The notes under the pieces were generated by a model that had not been told where the DNA came from, ran no database searches, and saw nothing but the letters and a program-made list of their open reading frames with translations. A stretch of DNA of 64,000 nt from the human T2T-CHM13v2.0 reference genome, Homo sapiens. Both the position numbers and the translations under genes were made by a program. Below, piece by piece: positions 30,711-43,173 of this stretch (its first letter is position 1; every line of letters starts with the position of its first letter). The stretch lies in the NCBI RefSeq assembly GCF_009914755.1, contig NC_060930.1. The stretch is one strand, 5' to 3'.

Positions 30711-31286
30711 GTTTACTATCTTTTGTACATATCCAGTATTTCTTTGGTGTTTTACCAGTAGATAGAAATAGATGCCACTGTATCATTATGAAACAAAAAA
30801 TCAATGTGTGTCGTGCTTAGTTTAGGTCCTCTCCAATGGACGTGAGGTTTTTATTGCTCTCTTTCACTGGGTCTGCCTTTCTCTGCGTGTGCTGGAGTGA
30901 AAATTAATCAGCCCCTCTGGTCGTGAGCAGATTGCATGTTTGTGCTGCCTGTCTTTCTGCCTCTGCGGAGCTGTAGAGGAGCCACCAGAGAGCAGAGGGC
31001 CAGAACTGCTGAAGTTTTTGTCTGAATGTTCACACCGGAATCTGGTCGGGGGGAACTGAGAAACCAGAACAGGAATGAAGAAATGTGGGCTCTCCTGGTT
31101 TTAACTCCCTGCACTTCCAGAAGGAAATGAAGGGGTGTGCTCCCTCAGGAATACCACAAGGAAGGGAGGAACTTATTTTAAGTAAAATGCAGCACCACGC
31201 TAATAATAATTTTAAAAACTATAGCCTTAGAGGTTTTTCTTTTTAATAGCAGACATAACCCTATTTATCACATCACTTATTTTATT

Positions 31287-31641
<355 letters not shown>

Positions 31642-31939
31642 TCATAATAGTGGTAGCATATGTCCAAGGTTTTTGAGTGTTTTTGGCAAAGCAGAAAGAA
31701 CATGCATATGAATATGTAACTGGTTTTGTGTATGTCAAAAATGGGCTTTAAACTCATGGTAAGCAATGTTCTGAATGTTACGTAGCTCAACCTAGACTAG
31801 GTCTTCAGTAGAACCTTAGCTTTTTAAACTCATTTCAAAGTAAAGAAATTCCATAAGGGCTATGTGGATTCGGTCTTGAGGACAAAGAGTGAAAGGTAAT
31901 TCTCTGAAGATTTTGTTGTCATTGTTTTTAACATGATTA

Positions 31940-32172
31940 GGCTGGGTGCAGTGGCTTACACCTATAATCCCAGGGTTCTGGGAGACTTGAGGCCAGGAGT
32001 TCAAGACTAGCTTGGGCAACATAGTGAGGCCTCAGCTCTACCAAAAAAAAAAAAAAAATGTTTAAAATTAGCTGGACATGGTGGTATGCATCTGTAGTCC
32101 CAGCTACAGCAGAGGCTGAGGTGGGAGGATCACTTGAGCCCAGGAAGACCCTGTCTCCAAAATAAAAAAAGA
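31940..32172 (+). mobile_element. AluJ with right-arm deletion
   Basis: TSD AACAT(G/T)ATTA. Confidence 0.88.
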
Positions 32173-32816
32173 ACATTATTAAAGGTAATGAGACAATGAG
32201 ACCAACCATGTGCTAAACAAGAATAAAAATTTAGAGACAAAAATCTAATAACTTAAAAAAAATAACTATTTCATTAATGCAACAATACTTACTGAGTTCT
32301 ACTAACACCATGTTGGGCACCAGAGACATTTGATCCCTAGGCAAAGGTCAGAAGAAGGAAGAACGGCTTCTTTCCTGAAGGAGCTTACACTATGGTGGAG
32401 AAGGCAGAAAAGAAATCTGGGGGCTGTGAGGAGCTCACTGGGAGCCCTGAAGACAAAGTGGGGGCACGGGGTGAGATGAGAGGGTTGTCAGCCAGAGAAA
32501 CAGCTTTCCTGGACCCAGCATGGGGGTGGGGCGAAAAGTCACAACACTTATATTGAATATTTAGTACCAGTTAACTTAGGTTTCTATACATGATGCATTA
32601 CTTGATTAGGTAAGTGTAAATTTACTTGGTTCCTGCTAAAATACATAGTATCCTCAAGTGGAAATTAAAACACAAGAACAAGCCACAGGTCTCCCGCATG
32701 CTGATTATATTTGCTAAGTGTTTTGTGACTTGGACACACGTGTCTGCATTATCAGCTAGCTTAAATTCGGTAGTCATACCAAAGAATACGTAGTACAATG
32801 CTGTTTAAAGAAGAGA

Positions 32817-32827
32817 TTTATTTTATT
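32817..32827 (-). terminator. Tandem AATAAA polyadenylation signals, minus strand
   Basis: Plus-strand TTTATTTTATT = two overlapping AATAAA on the minus strand. Confidence 0.45.
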
Positions 32828-33084
32828 ATTTAACTTTTAAAGTCTCTAATATGCCTTCTAAGAAGGGTTCTGGCTCAGAAAATTGCAGAAGAAAATCGAG
32901 TAGAGAACTAGAATTACAGAAACCTAAGAAATACTTTTACTGAGCTTTCTTCACACAAGAAAATGCACGGAAATGAATTATACATGGATACCAATTTGTG
33001 ATTTTTAAAAATTTGTAATTTTTTAAATTAAGATAAAAATTAGTTTATTTTTTTGAATACTTTTTTGTTTTGTTTTACCTCACC

Positions 33085-33190
33085 CTTTACTAAGCTGTTA
33101 GCTTGGTCTGTTGCGCTTACTGCTATATCCTCAGCATCTAGTACAGTTCCTGACACATATATGCACTTAATAAGTATTTGTCAAATGAAT
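33085..33190 (+). mobile_element. L2 3' end fragment
   Basis: cagcatctagtacagttcctgacacata...aataagtatttgtcaaatgaat. Confidence 0.65.
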
Positions 33191-34186
33191 ATTATTGAGT
33201 AAATAAGATGAAGGTCAATTCAGAAATTCAGCACTATCAGGCTATATACATAATACAGACTATTATAAAAAACTAGAATGGAGCAGTTCCTTTTAACGAC
33301 GGAGAAATGTCAGTAACATACTTTGAGCACAATATAGCTAATTTCACAACTGGTCTTTAAATATAACATACCTATAATCAATTTAATGTTTTTCTTTGTT
33401 ACCAGAGTTGTTCAAAACGTGCGTTTTACCTATCAAAGCTCAACTAAATGAGGTTTAAGAAATCTGCACATTTGAATGTACTTAATTTTAAAAGATTCTG
33501 GTTTTGGATTAACTCTGGATTTCACCCTATGGGAAATTTTGTAAATATTTCCAACTTAAAAAAAAACTGTGAAGCCCCAGCGCTAAGAGTAAACGATGCA
33601 TTGGAATTTCAACAGGATTTCTGTAACTCTGAAATAATCTTTAGCATTTCTTCTTCCCCCCATCCCCTCAGTGTAGGAGCATTCCAGTCCAAGTTTCTGG
33701 GAGATCGCTATCGAATCTTATGACACTGGGGTGAGAAGTTTTGCCGGGTTGAAATGAGGGGGTCACTTTAATAATCTGGAATTCCGGAGACTTTATGTCA
33801 AGTCTTAAAAATTCGAGCCTGTGGAAGGCTGCGCTGTCAAGAGACCGGAGTTGCGAGCGTCTGGGTGACGTCCGTCCTCCTGGAAGGTGGGATCCGGGTG
33901 GCAGGTCCCTGGGCGGCGACTCCGGCCGGGCTCATAGCGTCGCGCCCGCCCCGCTCATCGGCCCTACCCAGCGTCCCTCCCAGACCGACGACCGCCTGGG
34001 AAGCCTCGAGCTCCCAGCCCGCTGCACAGCCCGGCTCCGCTCCACAGTCCCCCACTGCCACCGGCCGGGGCGACACCGGGCGAGCTGGCGAGACCCGGCT
34101 CCAGGACCGAATCGCGCCGACACTTGACGGCGCTCCCCGCCCCTCCCTGCCGCCGTCTCCGCCCCCGTCCGGTCGCATTCCGGCGC

Positions 34187-34213
34187 CCGCCGCCGCCGCC
34201 GCCACCGCCGCCG
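34187..34213 (+). repeat. (CCG)5 CCA (CCG)3 trinucleotide repeat in promoter/5' UTR
   Basis: Read directly. Confidence 0.9.
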
Positions 34214-34274
34214 ATCTGGGAGGCTTGTCCCTCGCCGCCCACCGTAGCCCCGGCGCTCGGCCGGTCGCCGTTTC

Positions 34275-34286
34275 CAAGATGGCCGC
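34275..34286 (+). promoter_or_regulatory. YY1-type motif
   Basis: CAAGATGGCCGC, near-consensus YY1 site, typical just downstream of CpG-island TSSs. Confidence 0.65.
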
Positions 34287-34314
34287 GGCGCGCACGGCTC
34301 CTGCGGCGGGGTAG
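34279..34314 (+). other. uORF1 (MAAARTAPAAG*)
   Basis: aagATGG strong Kozak (A-3, G+4), TAG at 34312-34314; out of frame with main CDS. Confidence 0.7.
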
Positions 34315-34397
34315 AGGCGGAGGCGGAGTCGAGTCACTCCCGCACTTCGGGGCTCCGGTGCCCCGCGCCAGGCTGCAGCTTACTGCCCGCCGCGGCC

Positions 34398-34421
34398 ATG
34401 CGGGGCTCCGTGCACGGATGA
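34398..34421 (+). other. uORF2 (MRGSVHG*) whose stop overlaps the annotated start (ATGA)
   Basis: gccATGc CGG GGC TCC GTG CAC GGA TGA; TGA 34419-34421 overlaps ATG 34418-34420. Confidence 0.8.
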
Positions 34422-34569
34422 GAGAAGCCGCTGCCGCGCTGGTCCCTCCTCCCGCCTTTGCCGTCACGCCTGCCGCCGCCATGGAGGAGCCGCCGCCACC
34501 GCCGCCGCCGCCACCACCGCCACCGGAACCCGAGACCGAGTCAGAACCCGAGTGCTGCTTGGCGGCGAG
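34418..34569 (+). CDS. MAP3K4: MAP3K4 (MEKK4/MTK1) coding exon 1, codons 1-51 (partial; continues beyond window)
   Basis: Translation MREAAAALVPPPAFAVTPAAAMEEPPPPPPPPPPPPEPETESEPECCLAAR matches the recalled human MAP3K4 N-terminus; ends AG|GTGAGT (152 nt, phase 2); lies in a CpG island. Confidence 0.97.
34490..34525 (+). repeat. CCG/CCA repeat encoding Pro12
   Basis: 12 consecutive CCG/CCA codons in frame. Confidence 0.95.
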
Positions 34570-34575
34570 GTGAGT
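34567..34575 (+). other. MAP3K4: 5' splice donor of MAP3K4 exon 1
   Basis: GAG|GTGAGT consensus, followed by G-run-rich intron start. Confidence 0.95.
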
Positions 34576-35894
34576 GTGGCGGCCGCAGTCGGTCGCTCGC
34601 AGAAAGCGGGGCGGGTCCTGGCCCGAACTCGGTCGGGCCCGAGGGCCTCTGCTTCCCGCCAGGTGGGGAGGGAAGCATCCAGTCTCTGCAGGCTGGGGCG
34701 GGAGGGGCGCGGTGCATCCCTGGGTCCCAGGGGACCGCGTCTGAGTCTGTCCGGCGACTCCTCCCGGGGTTGCAGCTCCGCAGGGTTCCGCTCGAGCGTG
34801 TTGCCGGCTCCCCTTCCCTTGTAGACTCCCCCAGCTCACCCTCAACGTTGCGGGGGCTGGGAGCAGAGTGCGGCTGCCTCCCCTGCCGCTAGCTTCGGAA
34901 GAGTGGCCTCACTGAAGTGCCTCTCATCATTACTGAACGAAAGTGGTCCCTCCCCTCTGCCCTCATTCGAGTAAAAGAGACATTCGGAAATCGAGTGCGT
35001 ACTGGCTATTTCCCCGCGTTCTCCTCCTCCTCTCCTTTTGCCCGCTCCAGAGAATGCCTGTCATCTCTTCCGTGAGAAATTGCACTTAGACTATGCAGAC
35101 AGATACGTTGCTTTCCTGTTCTGAGGGCCCCTTACTGTCCTTTAGTGCTAGTATTGTGCAGATTGTTGCTCACACGTGCACAAAAGTAAGGATTCATTTG
35201 TCTAAAACTTTGCTACTGCAGGAAGCTCTAAGGTGGAACTTCGGTAACCAAAGCATTTGTTGCTTTTTCTTCCATACTCTATTAACTTATTTTTATGTCT
35301 TTATTTTTTTTTTAATTGAGAGAACAAACTCACCATAACTGAGAATTTCCCTCTTTTTACGTGCCTATGTTTGTATGTTCAAATGTCCTCTTACTCCCTG
35401 TCCTTTGCATCCCAGAGTAAACTTGCAAACTGCTGCCCCCTGTCCCCTGTAATGAAAATACCTCGGCAGCTCCTCTTGGCATCTTATGGTCTTGCTCTAT
35501 AGTTCTAGGAATAAGGCAGTAAAGTGTCCTCTTTTTCCTGCTTAAAGAAAATTCACACCTGTAACTGTAGTTAGAACTGAACACAGGAGCCATATTCTTG
35601 CTTGTCATCATTCAGTTGGCCCAAACAAATTTGTTTTATTTTTATAAGCTGTGAAGAAATTAGTTGCCTCTTTTAATTCTGAGATAGTTCTGGGTACTTC
35701 TAAGGAACAACTTCTCTGAATAATGGTACAGGGTGTAATGAGAATTCCTTTGGTTCCTTTTGAATACATCTAGTATTTTTAGAAATTTTGTCAGAAAGTT
35801 TATTATAAATTTGTTAACGGATCAGTTTTCGAGCAATTTTGATACCTTTTTCTTTAAAATTAATAGTGAACACTTAACGGTTAAAATAGGCCAT

Positions 35895-36071
35895 TGTCTT
35901 TATTTCTATTAACCCATTTAATCTTTTCAACAACTCTATGAGGTAGGTCCTGTTATACTCTCTTTTTGACAGATGAGGAAACTGAGGCACACAGGTTAAG
36001 TATCTTGTCCAGGGTTTCACAGCTGGTAATGAAGAAAGGTCTGGCTGCACAGCCCATGTCTTTAACCACCA
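35895..36071 (-). mobile_element. MIR
   Basis: acagatgaggaaactgaggcac core. Confidence 0.85.
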
Positions 36072-36609
36072 TGAAGAATTCATTATCCAAATGGGCGGAT
36101 CAGAAATTAGAATTCTGTATAACCCTACTCCGGAAAGAAATGGACATGAGCATTCTTAGGTAAAAGCGAGAAGGGCAGAGAAATGAAAATGTGCTGCAAA
36201 AATGACTGCTGCTTCAGTGGTAAAAAAAAAAAAAACTTGACTTTTCAGTCAGGCTTCTGTCTGTGTTATAATAAAAATAGGTCAGGATAATGGGTTTCAT
36301 CCAACTGTAAGTGAACAGCAGTGTACGGAACAAGAAGATCTGACAAATATTTTTCTTAGCAACATTGCAGTTAATTTTACAATAGAAAAATCTGTAAAAC
36401 AGATTACTTGACAAAGCTGTTGTTTTCTCTTTTTTATGTCCTCGTTGTCACCACCTGCTCTTCAATACATAGAACTGACCTCTGACAGAATTACTGTAGA
36501 TCTTTGGTAAAAGATGTAGGGGGTCTATCCAGTTGTTCATTTGAACTTTTTTTTTTAACCATTTTAGAGGAGCTCAGTGTACGTGTTCAAAATGTGTGAA
36601 ATGCCACCT

Positions 36610-37718
<1,109 letters not shown>

Positions 37719-40540
37719 AAAATGTGTGAAATGCCACCTTTTAATACATTGGAAACCAATAATGTGATAATTTATGCTACCAGGTTAACTGGTTTTGCCA
37801 CAGACTAGAATAAAACTCTGTTTGCCATCTTTGTCACATACTTTATGTCTGTGTGTCATTGATTAGGAAGGTTGTGTTAATGCACAGGCCTTTTGTAGAA
37901 TTCAGGCCTGTACATGTTGGCCTCCAAAGCTGTGCAGCAAGTGTGCCATCGTGGCAGGTGCAGCCAGCCCAGCACATCTGCCTAGTGTGTGCTTTCCTCC
38001 TGACCCAAGAGTGTTATGCAGTGACCCAGCAACACAAAACAGGCAGAGAGGTCATAGTACTCTATTCCAGTTTTATTGCTTGCTGTCAGTTGTGGATACT
38101 TTTGTCCTTATTTTTGATAAAGAATTCATGATAAGGATAGCTGTTGTTATTGTTAGTGATTAAATTTTGAAATAAACATTGCTTATCATTTCTTTTTCAA
38201 GCTTCTGGGGCAGTTTTAGGAGGATCCTGAGGTGACTAGGAGAGCTATTAAAACTAATTTGGAACAATTTACCTTTGTGACTTATTGGATCTGTACACCT
38301 AAAACACAGAATAAATTGGATATTAAGGCTGATATAATGCTCTTGTTTACTATAACCTTTCATTTAAAATATTTATATTAAAAATAGCCTCATTGTTCTC
38401 ATTGTCCTTATGAGTACATGCTGCATAAATTTAACAATTAACTTTTTTTAAAAAATGAATTATTTACTTTATATATTTATTGTAAATTCATTTGAAAAAC
38501 TGGATTTCCTACTAAAAAACTAGTTGAATGTCGTCACTCCTAGGCAATTTGCTCTGCCTCTCGGCTTGAATGTCCACCTTGAGCCTGTGTGTTTCAGTCT
38601 TGACCTTGTATGTCAACTGTTCTCCCTGGCAAAGTCAGCCTCCTGTGGTGCTCCAGACTGTTGGTGTAGCATCAGTGATGGTCATGCCTTTACACCACTG
38701 TAACAGTAGATGCCATTGGCGGGGGTGGCGTTAGGCAGAGAGGAGTCACCAAACAGCAGTGATGGCAGAAACTTCATGTTTTCAACTGGGGACTTGTCAC
38801 TTAGGAGGACTTTGTAGTTCCCTTTAATTTTCTGTCATTGTTAGAGGCCACTCTGTTTCCTTCATGTATGCTCTCATGGTGTCCTGCAAATCTTGTTCTG
38901 AGCTCTGCTGAAATACGGGGATATAAAGGTCTTGCCTGCTCACTGGATACATTTGTTGTAATAACTTCCTGTTATTTAATAATTCCTCATTCCTCATGAC
39001 TATGATTTTACTCATAGCATTCTATTGTCTCAGCCTTGTCATTTGACCAGGTAGTATGTATGCTGTTTGAAGACTCTTTAACGTTGCCTATCAGTAGGCT
39101 ACTGGTGGTAGTTTCTTTAAAGAGAAAATGGAAAACGTGAGAGAAGGAGATTAGCTGAAGACTCCGTAGGTCTTCATAAGCTGGCACTCCCTTGGCACGA
39201 TAATCAAGGCCCAGACACTCACTGTGCTTGGCTTCTCAGGCACAGATACTCAGCTTTGTCTGTACACCTGGTTAGTCAGTGTATTCTCTTGCTTGTAGAA
39301 AGCCAAAGTATAATTAAGAGATTGATTAGTAAGCATGATATTAGCAAGGGAAATGAGTTGAATGATCCCGGTGACTCATGTTAGCAGACCAGTGAGGTGG
39401 GCTTGCATCCCTAGCAGGTGCACCCCTGCTTCTGAATGAGAGGCAGTGTGATCCAGACTTACTCTTAGGTTTTTATTTTCTAGGCATCACACAGGCTGCT
39501 TTTTTCCCTTGTGTCACAAACTTTCCTAAATTGTTTGGGTTATAGTATGTTTGTTTTAATCTTCAGTCTTTATAACAAACCTTGCTTTTCCTGCTTTAAT
39601 TTGGGAGTATATTTTATCCTTCTCACTTTAAGATTTCTTTTTTTAAACCTCAGTGGTACGGTACATTTTTACTAATGGTGAGTCTCAGAGGATCACCTTA
39701 TTGTCTCCATCCCCCACCCAGTATTCTCCCCATAATCTCTGTCCCACCACCCCTCGCCAAGAATCCTTTAGCATAGTTTCTCAGAACAATGTGGCAAAGA
39801 TGTCAGTGGTTGGTGCTTTCATAAAATTCTTTTTGAATATTGTGTTCAAAAAGGATCATGATGGTATCTGGCTTTTCTGGATTTAAGTCATAAAATTAAA
39901 TTTTAAAAAATCAGAACCACATCAGAATTCTATCCAGTTATTAAAAACTGTTTTTAAATAGTGTTTAGTGACATGTGAAGATGCTCATGATACAACTCCT
40001 TTTGGGGTGGTACCTGAGTAGCTCTTCTTAAGAAGATTCTCAAGTATTTCTGATGTATACATACTCACCGCTGTGTTCAGCAAGAACAAACAGACTACGA
40101 AACAGAATTTGCAGAAGATGGGAGCCAAAATTTGAGGTAGTTTTTCATCTCATACACATATTTGTCCACCGGCTGTGTCTGCCCTACTTCACTGTCTTCC
40201 TTCTACCTTATTTGGGGGAATTCCTCTCTTGACTCAAACTACATGGTACATATTGGAGCTGCCCTCTTCTTACAGATGCCAGGCCATAGGCATGACACTT
40301 GACCCAGTCCAGGCCAATTAGGATTCTTTCCTGGGATTTTTCAAATTGGAGCTGGGAGAGAGAAACGCGCATTTTACTGAAGTATAGGCTGAGAATTCAT
40401 GAGCCTAGAGCTAGCTTCCTGAAGCTCCTACAGAGGACCTGGTCTCAGAGAGTGATGTTAATCCCCAGAGAAAAGCAGAGAGGCTGAAAGAGGTCTATGG
40501 CCAGTTGCCTTTAAAATAAATAAATAAATAAAAATAAATA

Positions 40541-40660
40541 AAGAGATGGCAGTCTCTGTATGTTACCCAGGCTGGATTCAAACTTCTGGTCTCAAAGAAT
40601 TCTTTTGCCTTGGCCTCCCAAGTAGGTGGTACTACAGGTGCGCACCACCACACTGTCAGC
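40541..40660 (-). mobile_element. Free left Alu monomer (FLAM)
   Basis: Single arm; flanking GCCAGTTGCC repeats. Confidence 0.8.
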
Positions 40661-42540
40661 CAGTTGCCCTTTTGTGCTAGATTTGTCCCTATTTTTCTCC
40701 TGATTTGATGTGAGCTAATCTCTATTTGTGCTTAAACTATTAATTTGAGTTAAACTTCTTAAAACCCTAATACTCAGTGTGATCGCATTTTAAAAAGTAT
40801 GTGCATAGAAAAAAGATATAAAAAATACATACTAATTTTTCCTAAAACTTTTTATGATGAACGTGTTACACATTTTATTTTAAAATAAAAAGCTAATCAG
40901 AGAGCCTAAATTCTTAACTAGCTCATTTATAATTTTAAGTTTCTTTACGTTGAATTGTTACTAAAATTGAAATTGATGAGAGTCCATGTGATATAAAGAG
41001 AATATTGTTGCCAAATTTTAAATGATTTTATTTATTTTTGGTATCTGAGCTGGCTTATCTGAGCTGGCTGTAGCAAGCTGCTTTTAAAAAACTATTTACT
41101 TCAGCTTGGGTAATAGAGTATGTAGATTAGAAACAACTCCAACAGTAACAAAACAAACACAGGACTTACATTAGGGTGGTCTTTTACATTAATAGAAATA
41201 TTTAAAATCTAGAACTGTGTTCTCAACATGTATATTGTGTTTAAATGCTTTCCCCATTTTAAGCGGTGTACTTGAAATGTCTATATTTTAAAAGATACAT
41301 TATTCCACTGGCAGTGAGTATGGTAGGTGCATTTTTAGACCCCTGCAGATCTCACACTGTGTAATCGAGTGCCTTTGCCTTTAAATATTTATTCACTAGC
41401 AGGCAACATGAAGTTTTGTTTTTGAATTACAAGAACGTTCATGTTTTGCAATTTGCAGACCTACCTCAGCAGTATTGGTTTCATGGGTCATATGGATGCC
41501 ACGTGTTTATAAATTAGCAGGGAAAGCTATTAAGAATATATTAGGCAGTCTATCAAAAGCATTTCATACATGGATTTCATTTCAGACAAAATAAGCCTTC
41601 TGTGGAGAAAAGTAGATACTAAGCTTTAAAGCTGATCAGATTTGATGTTTTCAGTGGAAGCTTTTTTGTGTGTGAGCAGGCTATTTGAAGATACTGCTGA
41701 AATGTAGAACTTTCTGAATAGGGCTTGTTAGAGGACAGCTAGTTTAGAGTTGTCAAATTAATAGAAATTGTCAACCTTTTTAGTGTTTCAGTGGGGAACT
41801 TTTGGACGATAGTACATTTATTTTATTTAAAATCCTAAAGTCTTTTTATATGGGAACATAAAAATGTAGATATAACTTGGTTTTCTCACACAATTTTTGG
41901 AGTTAGTTAGTTGTATCTGTTAAGTATTTAGTTCTTACTCAGATAAGGATTTAAACATTTGCTAATACAAGTTCTTACAGATGGTAGGACGCTTAGTGTT
42001 CATTTCATCCAACTTCCTAGCCCTTGCTTATAGAATTACAAGAGTTGAGCTCTTATAAGATCATTTGGGCTGTGCGTCTCGTTTTAGAGATGAGAAAAAT
42101 GGCCTAGAGGGGCTGCAGCTTTCCCAGCTGACAGCTTAGGCTCCAGATCTGCAAGCCCTTCTTCCCTTACCCTCGCATCGCCATGTGCTCCCCTGGTCAA
42201 GGTCCAAAGCCAAGGTGTTCTCCAGCCACCTGCCATACATAGCCCAGCTTAAGCCCATGTGCACAGTTACTTGGCAACCGTGAAATGCTGTATTTTCTGG
42301 ATGAATTGGACTCAACAGGATCAAACGAGATGAAAGATTTGTTTTTAGAAAAAAATGCAAATAGAAAATATGAAATCCTCTTAAAACTCATCATCCACAA
42401 CGTTTTTCCCCCGTGAAACTTTTATTTCTTGCTCGCAGAATAAAGAAGAGCCAATGCTCAGAAATTTTCAGATACGTTGTTATTTTCAGGCGTCGGTCTG
42501 TACATCAAGAAGACAGTAAGATTCTAACTTCTGGTCTGTA

Positions 42541-42778
42541 GTAGTGGTTTTGAAACTGTGTTTATGGTCGTGACCTACAGTAAGAAATATATTTTATGAC
42601 AGTGTGTGTGTGCCTTATAACCAAAAGAAAACAATTTTGAAACAGTATTTGACCTTGCAATATATGATACTCAAATAATTCTTATTCTGTTCTATTAAAA
42701 ATTGTTCATCATAACCTACTAAATTGATTTTATTACCCACAAATAGGTTGTGACCCTCAGTTTTAAAAGCATAGCTCT
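42541..42778. mobile_element. hAT-Charlie-like DNA transposon remnant
   Basis: Degenerate inverted ends tagtggttttgaaactg / cagttttaaaagcatag. Confidence 0.5.
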
Positions 42779-43173
42779 ACCCAAAATAAAATGGATGCTG
42801 TTATACTTTGTACCTTGTCCCTTGAGACTGAGTCAGGAGAACAAGTACACTATTTGTCTACTAAATGATCAAATGGAATTTTGAAGAAGCTCGGCAATAC
42901 TTACTTCTTGAAGACAGCATTGTTACCCGAAGGCAAGAGTAAGAATGTATCTATGCTTGTCTCTCAAGGTTGTTCTCTTGGCTGCTTATCCTTAAACTAC
43001 AAGAATTGTAAAGATCAGTTTAAAATCTAGGATTAATTTTAGAGTAAAATTGGGATTGGCATTATGTGAATAATTTAGGTAATTTGTTGATCTTTCTCTG
43101 AAACAGTAACCTGTGTTTAAAATTTTTCACATAGAGCAGTCCTTAAGAAAAGAAAGGAACTCATTTTCCCCTG

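Larger units (their letters stand above)
32800..34830 (-). ncRNA. MAP3K4-AS1: Probable antisense lncRNA overlapping exon 1 (MAP3K4-AS1); ends approximate
   Basis: Recalled annotation (not verified); sequence support: CpG island plus tandem minus-strand AATAAA (TTTATTTTATT 32817-32827). Confidence 0.5.
33780..35030. promoter_or_regulatory. MAP3K4: CpG island / GC-rich promoter of MAP3K4
   Basis: Abrupt rise in GC and CpG density; GC boxes (CCCCGCCCC 34135-34143, CCGCCC ~34159), CRE-like TGACGTC at 33866; no TATA box seen. Confidence 0.93.

Noticed and set aside
33795-34892. Other overlapping ORFs in the CpG island (110, 149, 166, 144, 90 aa)
   Set aside because: Mostly non-ATG starts; stop-codon scarcity in GC-rich DNA explains them
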